Shown in pieces: positions 27,436 through 32,000 of a stretch of DNA of 32,000 bases (its first letter is position 1; every line of letters begins with the position of its first letter). Source of the DNA: Salmonella phage BRM 13313. The notes below the pieces were generated by a model. It worked only from the letters and a program-made list of their open reading frames with translations, was not told where the DNA came from and made no database searches. The stretch is from sequence record ON169962.1, one strand, 5' to 3'. The position numbers were made by a program, and so were the translations under genes.

Positions 27436-28008
27436 ATGGCAATCCCCTTTGTGAGTATTATCCCAGGGGCGCTAAAGCAACTCTGGAACCTCGGGACTGA
27501 TTTGATCCAATACAAGCGGGAAGTTGTTCAGGCAAAACACGATGTCAAGCTAGAGGCTATCAAGTCCTCCTCAGATTGGGAGCTGTCTAAGATCACCGAA
27601 GTCGGCGGGTCTTGGAAAGACGAATTCTGGACTATCGTGTTGGCCGTACCCGCTATCCTCGTCATGACTGCTCCGGTTGTGGAACTAATTCTGTTCCCTG
27701 ATGAGTATCATAAAGGGGATTTCATCAAAGCAGTAATCGGCGGCCTCCAGGCGCTCGATACCGCACCTGAATGGTATACCTATTCGTTATTGACAGCAAT
27801 TAGTGCATCATTCGGTATCAAGGGGTATAACCATTACAAAAGCAACAGCCGGAAGGCGCAAGCTGTGGATGCTCTCAAGCAGTTTGGGGTCAAAGTGGTT
27901 AACAAAGATCCCACTGTTGTTACTCAGTCGGGTTCTCCCGATCTTGAGTCTGCTCCCCCAGCTGGGTCTACTGCGACCTCTGGTGCGTGGCCTGATCTGA
28001 AGAAATAA
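27436..28008 (+). CDS. holin-like (3TM-type) membrane protein
   Basis: GGAG SD 7 nt before ATG 27436; WTIVLAVPAILVMTAPVVELILFP and WYTYSLLTAISASFGIKG segments after a charged N-terminal helix. Confidence 0.55.
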   Translation: MAIPFVSIIPGALKQLWNLGTDLIQYKREVVQAKHDVKLEAIKSSSDWELSKITEVGGSWKDEFWTIVLAVPAILVMTAPVVELILFPDEYHKGDFIKAVIGGLQALDTAPEWYTYSLLTAISASFGIKGYNHYKSNSRKAQAVDALKQFGVKVVNKDPTVVTQSGSPDLESAPPAGSTATSGAWPDLKK

Positions 28009-28013
28009 GTTAG

Positions 28014-28038
28014 AGGGGAGGAAACTCCCCTTTCTTTT
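28014..28038 (+). terminator. terminator AGGGGAG-GAAA-CTCCCCT-TTCTTTT
   Basis: 7 bp stem, GAAA loop and T tail after the holin-like gene. Confidence 0.85.
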
Positions 28039-28049
28039 GGTGTTAAGGA

Positions 28050-28262
28050 ATGAAAGTGGTAAACAAGAGATTGCTCGTCACCCAAGGCGGGGCGACGATA
28101 GTAAGAGGAAGGATTTACGAACAGATTCAGCTGGGTGATCATAAGACACGCCTGACTGTCAAGGCACCGGACGGTGGATGGCCCACAAAGGTGGTTGTCC
28201 CCGACGGCCTCATAGAACGAGGGACAGCAGTGTACAAAGGAGCAGAGTTCAAAATTTATTAA
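28050..28262 (+). CDS. hypothetical protein
   Basis: 70 aa ORF between terminator and promoter. Confidence 0.55.
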   Translation: MKVVNKRLLVTQGGATIVRGRIYEQIQLGDHKTRLTVKAPDGGWPTKVVVPDGLIERGTAVYKGAEFKIY

Positions 28263-28280
28263 AATATTTATTGAATAAAG

Positions 28281-28308
28281 TTTACTTCTTCAATAACTGG
28301 CGTATACT
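28281..28308 (+). promoter_or_regulatory. sigma70-like promoter TTTACT-16-TATACT
   Basis: Good -35 and -10 elements in an AT-rich leader upstream of the 28358 gene. Confidence 0.7.
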
Positions 28309-28357
28309 TCTAATTGTAGTACGAACAAACAACAATTTGAAGAGAAGGAAATACATC

Positions 28358-28915
28358 ATGGCAATCGAAATTATCGTTCAATCTAAATCCGGCAAAACTG
28401 TATTGTTCGGCACCGAAGAAGGCCGTGTAATCACCACTTTGGGCACAGTTGACGGCAGCAACCCCGTAAAAGGCGGTCGCTTCCTGGTTGAGTACGGTTC
28501 TCGTGTCGTGATGGTAAGTAAAATTGATGGGCGTGATATCACTGCTCCTCGTCAAGAATTCTTTGATTCACGTTCTGCCGCCATGCAATTCTTTTTCTTC
28601 CAGAAACGTCATGAACTCTTTGTAGAAGCGAAAGACGCAGGTCTGGACGACACAACGGCTGAGCTGATTGCCGAAGGTAAAATGACTCTTGAGACTGCTC
28701 TGGGAGACATGGATTGCGAATCCGAAGCGCATTATATTGAATATTCCGCATATCAGAACGAATGTGAAGATGATCCGGAAGATGATGGATTTGATCCAGA
28801 TCTTCACGGCGGCGAGGATGACAATACTCCTTCTCTGGAAGTGATTATGGCTGGTGGTCAGGCCGCTTGGGAATGGCAGAATGAAAAGAACGCATGGTTG
28901 GATTCCCGCCTCTAA
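28358..28915 (+). CDS. acidic hypothetical protein, possible early gene
   Basis: ATG 28358 with AGAAGGAA SD, downstream of a clear promoter. The 28178 start in the track spans the promoter. Confidence 0.7.
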   Translation: MAIEIIVQSKSGKTVLFGTEEGRVITTLGTVDGSNPVKGGRFLVEYGSRVVMVSKIDGRDITAPRQEFFDSRSAAMQFFFFQKRHELFVEAKDAGLDDTTAELIAEGKMTLETALGDMDCESEAHYIEYSAYQNECEDDPEDDGFDPDLHGGEDDNTPSLEVIMAGGQAAWEWQNEKNAWLDSRL

Positions 28916-28922
28916 TATGACA

Positions 28923-28946
28923 AAGCCCCTTCGGGGGCTTACTTTG
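28923..28946 (+). terminator. terminator AAGCCCC-TTCG-GGGGCTT-ACTTT
   Basis: 7 bp stem with TTCG tetraloop directly after a stop codon. Confidence 0.8.
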
Positions 28947-28963
28947 AACTGAAGGACTATATC

Positions 28964-29506
28964 ATGAATATGCCAAAAACTCCTGTCCGTATCGCAGTTG
29001 AGCCTCTGCTGGTTGATGCTGAGAATGCTGCTGAGCAGTACGCGAACAAAGTCATCAAGAACATAATGGACGATCTGGCATCCAACGGCTGGGACGTCGA
29101 GAAGTGCGCTCCGTGGCCATCTTCGGTTGGTGTCAAGTTTGGTGATCCAGATTACCAAAGAATGAAATCAAAACATGCGCTCTACCGTTCTTTGACCCAG
29201 GCAGTGAATCCTTCTTACATACCTGGGAAGCCGGATATTGTCAAAGCTGATCCTGAGCGCCATGCTCTGTTTGTCAAAGAAGCACGTCGAAACGCTGCGA
29301 TGCAATATGAGTCTTTCATTTGTAAACTAGAAGACAAAATTGGTGGGCACAGCGCGGCTGTGCTGAATGGTTCCCATATATGGGGTTATTCAATCCTAAC
29401 CGTGACTACACCAGAGGGGATCGAGCGCTGGAAGACTCAGACGATTATCAATGTGTCCAAGCTGGGCAAACTCTTTAACCAATATCCAACGAGGAAGGTG
29501 AAATGA
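28964..29506 (+). CDS. hypothetical protein
   Basis: 180 aa ORF, GAAGGA SD upstream. Confidence 0.65.
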   Translation: MNMPKTPVRIAVEPLLVDAENAAEQYANKVIKNIMDDLASNGWDVEKCAPWPSSVGVKFGDPDYQRMKSKHALYRSLTQAVNPSYIPGKPDIVKADPERHALFVKEARRNAAMQYESFICKLEDKIGGHSAAVLNGSHIWGYSILTVTTPEGIERWKTQTIINVSKLGKLFNQYPTRKVK

Positions 29507-29877
29507 TGAAAAACTTCGCACAAGAATTACAGACTACGATTGACCAGGCTCAGATTTGGGAAGCCATGGGGATAGTTGAAAAAGCCGTTGATATCTTTGT
29601 TTGCAAAATGAAGAAGCAACTCGTTTCCCAAGCAAATCGCGGAGTTGAAATTGATGACATGGTGTACGCTGTTGGTGGCAACAGGTTTGACGAAATATTA
29701 ACAGCATTTCAACAGGCATATAAGTCTCAAAAATACCCAACAGACAAGCAAGTCGAAAAGTTCAAAACATTGTTGGCGGCGAGTCTTCTGAAGGAAGGTT
29801 TGAAGTTCGAATTACACAAGGATGAAAGAACAGATGTCGTAACAATGAGATTCACAGTACACACAAACGATATCTAA
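29503..29877 (+). CDS. hypothetical protein
   Basis: 124 aa ORF, GAGGAAGG SD, ATGA overlap with the preceding gene. Confidence 0.65.
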   Translation: MMKNFAQELQTTIDQAQIWEAMGIVEKAVDIFVCKMKKQLVSQANRGVEIDDMVYAVGGNRFDEILTAFQQAYKSQKYPTDKQVEKFKTLLAASLLKEGLKFELHKDERTDVVTMRFTVHTNDI

Positions 29878-29904
29878 AACAAAGGGGCTTAAGCCCCTTT
29901 GTTT
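29877..29904. terminator. bidirectional terminator, perfect 28-nt palindrome AAACAAAGGGGCTTAAGCCCCTTTGTTT
   Basis: Placed exactly between convergent genes. Confidence 0.88.
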
Positions 29905-30361
29905 ATTTCCCATCCCAAAAGTCGTCTTCATCGTCTACGTTGTCAAACGCTGAATCCAATTCTTCATCAGAATATTCAGGGAGACGTCCATTTTGCTTCA
30001 GGTATTCGATCTCTTCATCGTCCAACTGAAGATCCGTGGCTATAAACAGCGCTCCTGTTTCTTCGTCGTGCTCAATACTGTAAGATGTATATTCAGCACC
30101 CTGGACTGTAATGATGATAGACGTCGGGTCTTCTGGGTCTACATGGGCTTCAAACGGGATACCGTCAATCGGGGCGTCCTCTAAAAATGTAGCAAGAGCT
30201 ACGGCGGCGCGGACGACGTCTGTCCCTTGCACGGAAGCATAAATCTCTTCAGCACCTGTTTCCCCGCGCTCAAAGAATTCAATCGTAGTCCCGTCTTGAA
30301 CACCAGTCCAAATAGGCATGTCTGCTGGGGAGTCCGCTTCAAATAATTTCGAAATTGGCAT
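29903..30361 (-). CDS. acidic hypothetical protein
   Basis: 152 aa ORF with Asp/Glu-rich C-terminus. Confidence 0.65.
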   Translation of the reverse strand: MPISKLFEADSPADMPIWTGVQDGTTIEFFERGETGAEEIYASVQGTDVVRAAVALATFLEDAPIDGIPFEAHVDPEDPTSIIITVQGAEYTSYSIEHDEETGALFIATDLQLDDEEIEYLKQNGRLPEYSDEELDSAFDNVDDEDDFWDGK

Positions 30362-30396
30362 GGTAATGTCCTCTTGAATAAACTGCTTTGGACTAT

Positions 30397-30846
30397 TTAG
30401 GCTTCTCTGGTCGCCAGCCCTGGCTTAAACACCACCATTTCCTCAACGTTATTGGCACTCATAGAGGCTATAGAATCGAACCCTTTGTTGATAAGTTCTT
30501 TCACATTATCATGTATCTTACCAGGCTTTATCCCCAACTCTCGCATTTTATTTTCCCACACCGAAACATTGTTGGAATCTATTACAAGAGTCTTCTTGGC
30601 CTTGACACGAAATGCCATGACAATAGGTTCACCAGATTGACGATAGCGCACGGCATTTTCTGCGTAGATCTGTGCCTTTTCTGGATCCCCCGTCAGGTAA
30701 AACCCAGCACCCATCGTACCAGAGTCAGTCTGGCCAAATTTTTCAAAATCAAAGATATCGAATTCAACATTAGACCCATGATACAAAACGATATTCGTAA
30801 AATCAGGTAACGTTGATTCGCGATAAAATTCTAGAAAGGTTTTCAT
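30397..30846 (-). CDS. ADP-ribosyltransferase-like protein
   Basis: LYHGSNVEFDIFDFEKFG...GTMGAGFYLTGDPEKAQIYA...EEMVVFKP fits the H-Y-E layout of ART-like domains found in phage polyvalent proteins. Confidence 0.6.
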   Translation of the reverse strand: MKTFLEFYRESTLPDFTNIVLYHGSNVEFDIFDFEKFGQTDSGTMGAGFYLTGDPEKAQIYAENAVRYRQSGEPIVMAFRVKAKKTLVIDSNNVSVWENKMRELGIKPGKIHDNVKELINKGFDSIASMSANNVEEMVVFKPGLATREA

Positions 30847-30885
30847 AGATACCCCACACTTGCTGTATGGGGTATTTAGGAGGGA

Positions 30886-32000
30886 TCAATCAGGGGTAAA
30901 CTCGTTCACAGGAACTTGTTCCGGCATAGACAATTCGGGGCATGCTGCCTTCATTGGCTCAATATACGGCTTGCTACCAACAATCCAGAACAGAGTGTTT
31001 TCGTTGAGCAGTTCTGGCTTATGCTGTTGGATCCAGGTCATGACCTTGCCTTCATAGCGAGGATGCAGCTCAATATCACCCCACTGATAATCCATCAGGT
31101 CATTATAGCGAACCCAATTCGTTGTATGCAAATCCCAATGGTGTACTGCAAAGCGTGGGAGCGTTATCTCCGGCTCTCCCTTCTCGCGGATACCCATCAG
31201 GAGGCCAGCCAGCGAAACGCTCTTAGAGGCATGCTGAAGATCCTTCTTACCATACACATAATCTGGGTTGTCGTGATAGCAACGAGTAAAATCCGTTATG
31301 TGCGGAAGATTAGCTTGTTTTCCAATAATACGCAAACGGCTTTCAATAAAGTCCAGACGGTTGGGACCAATCCCGATCAGATATACATTTTTCAGATTCG
31401 GTTTCGGGTGCATAGCCAGCCCTGTCAAAATGCTGGTACAAGAATTACATGAACCAGCAGGAATGATCAGATCTGTGATATGGTCCGGAATGTTAGCAAC
31501 CTGCTCGCCGCCCAGCATATGAAATCCTGCAATCCTCTCCGGAGAATGCAACGTATGATCCAGAGTGATCCCATACTCTAGATAATATGCTTTTGGATTC
31601 TGCTGCTCAATCAATTTCTTGCAGCGCGGCTGGATAGTGCTGTTGTAACCCGAACCGACAAAGTTGAATTCGCTGCCGAACCAGGCGCTCATCTTCACCA
31701 TGTCATGGTTCATACACGTGGTGGGTTTGGTAGCGCCCAGGACTGTAGTTGTCTTGCCGCCGAAATGCCGTGAGACTGCTGTCGCCATAGGGGATTGCGG
31801 ACTACCAACGACAGTACCATGGATAAGGTCTGGGGAGCCTCCGGCCTTTAAATGCTCAACCATCAGCCAGATGGCCTGACGCAATTTACTACCATTGATC
31901 CCCTGCTTACCATCTGCATAGTTGGAGAGAGGCGCGAAGTAATCTTCACGTTTGAACCAGACCTGCTGATTAGTTTCAGGGTTGGCAACGAGTTCGCACG
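30886..32000 (-). CDS. fold-type II PLP-dependent enzyme-like protein (partial, 5' end outside window)
   Basis: The frame stays open from 31884 to the window edge and encodes ...QVWFKREDYFAPLSNYADGKQGINGSKLRQAIW... with the candidate PLP lysine in NGSKLRQ. The TTG start in the track is an artefact. Confidence 0.75.
   Translation of the reverse strand, partial: CELVANPETNQQVWFKREDYFAPLSNYADGKQGINGSKLRQAIWLMVEHLKAGGSPDLIHGTVVGSPQSPMATAVSRHFGGKTTTVLGATKPTTCMNHDMVKMSAWFGSEFNFVGSGYNSTIQPRCKKLIEQQNPKAYYLEYGITLDHTLHSPERIAGFHMLGGEQVANIPDHITDLIIPAGSCNSCTSILTGLAMHPKPNLKNVYLIGIGPNRLDFIESRLRIIGKQANLPHITDFTRCYHDNPDYVYGKKDLQHASKSVSLAGLLMGIREKGEPEITLPRFAVHHWDLHTTNWVRYNDLMDYQWGDIELHPRYEGKVMTWIQQHKPELLNENTLFWIVGSKPYIEPMKAACPELSMPEQVPVNEFTPD

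Noticed and set aside
28178-28357. N-terminal extension of the 28178-28915 ORF
   Set aside because: Spans the sigma70-like promoter and the end of the previous gene. The internal ATG 28358 with SD is the convincing start.
30916-31452. 178-aa plus-strand ORF
   Set aside because: Antisense to the PLP-enzyme gene, which has recognisable motifs in its frame.
1-32000. CRISPR array, tRNA genes, transposon or intein
   Set aside because: No regularly spaced repeats, no cloverleaf seen by eye, no transposase motifs or IS ends, and polymerase and topoisomerase ORFs are uninterrupted. tRNAscan-SE would be decisive for tRNAs.

Overview
This 32 kb window comes from a large lytic tailed phage. The gene content suggests a ViI-like/Ackermannviridae relative of T4-type myoviruses, but that placement is an inference from gene content, not a search result. 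About 27 kb (positions 1-27356) is a nearly continuous minus-strand array. It holds a DexA-like exonuclease, a macro-domain protein, a T4-type topoisomerase pair (gp52-like and a fused gp39/60-like subunit), a MazG-like protein, an Ig-domain protein, rIIB, rIIA, a LemA-like protein next to a Cys-rich membrane protein, and a probable thymidine-hypermodification set. That set is an aGPT-Pplase/amino acid:DNA transferase-like protein plus a 5-hmdU DNA kinase-like P-loop protein. A HAD-like phosphatase, a lipoprotein and a family B DNA polymerase follow. A short plus-strand island (27.4-29.9 kb) carries a holin-like protein and small unknown proteins. The minus strand resumes with an ADP-ribosyltransferase-like protein and a fold-type II PLP enzyme that runs off the window edge. 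The observations most worth following up are: the split DNA-hypermodification set; an ART-like protein with a T4 internal-protein-like N-terminus; a probable frameshift at about 16312; two short genes missing from the ORF track; a hairpin covering a Shine-Dalgarno site; a palindrome inside a promoter spacer; and late-promoter-like TAAATA motifs about 27-34 nt upstream of several start codons. Most features are known families, and I see no proof of a wholly new system. All family assignments were made by eye from the translations.
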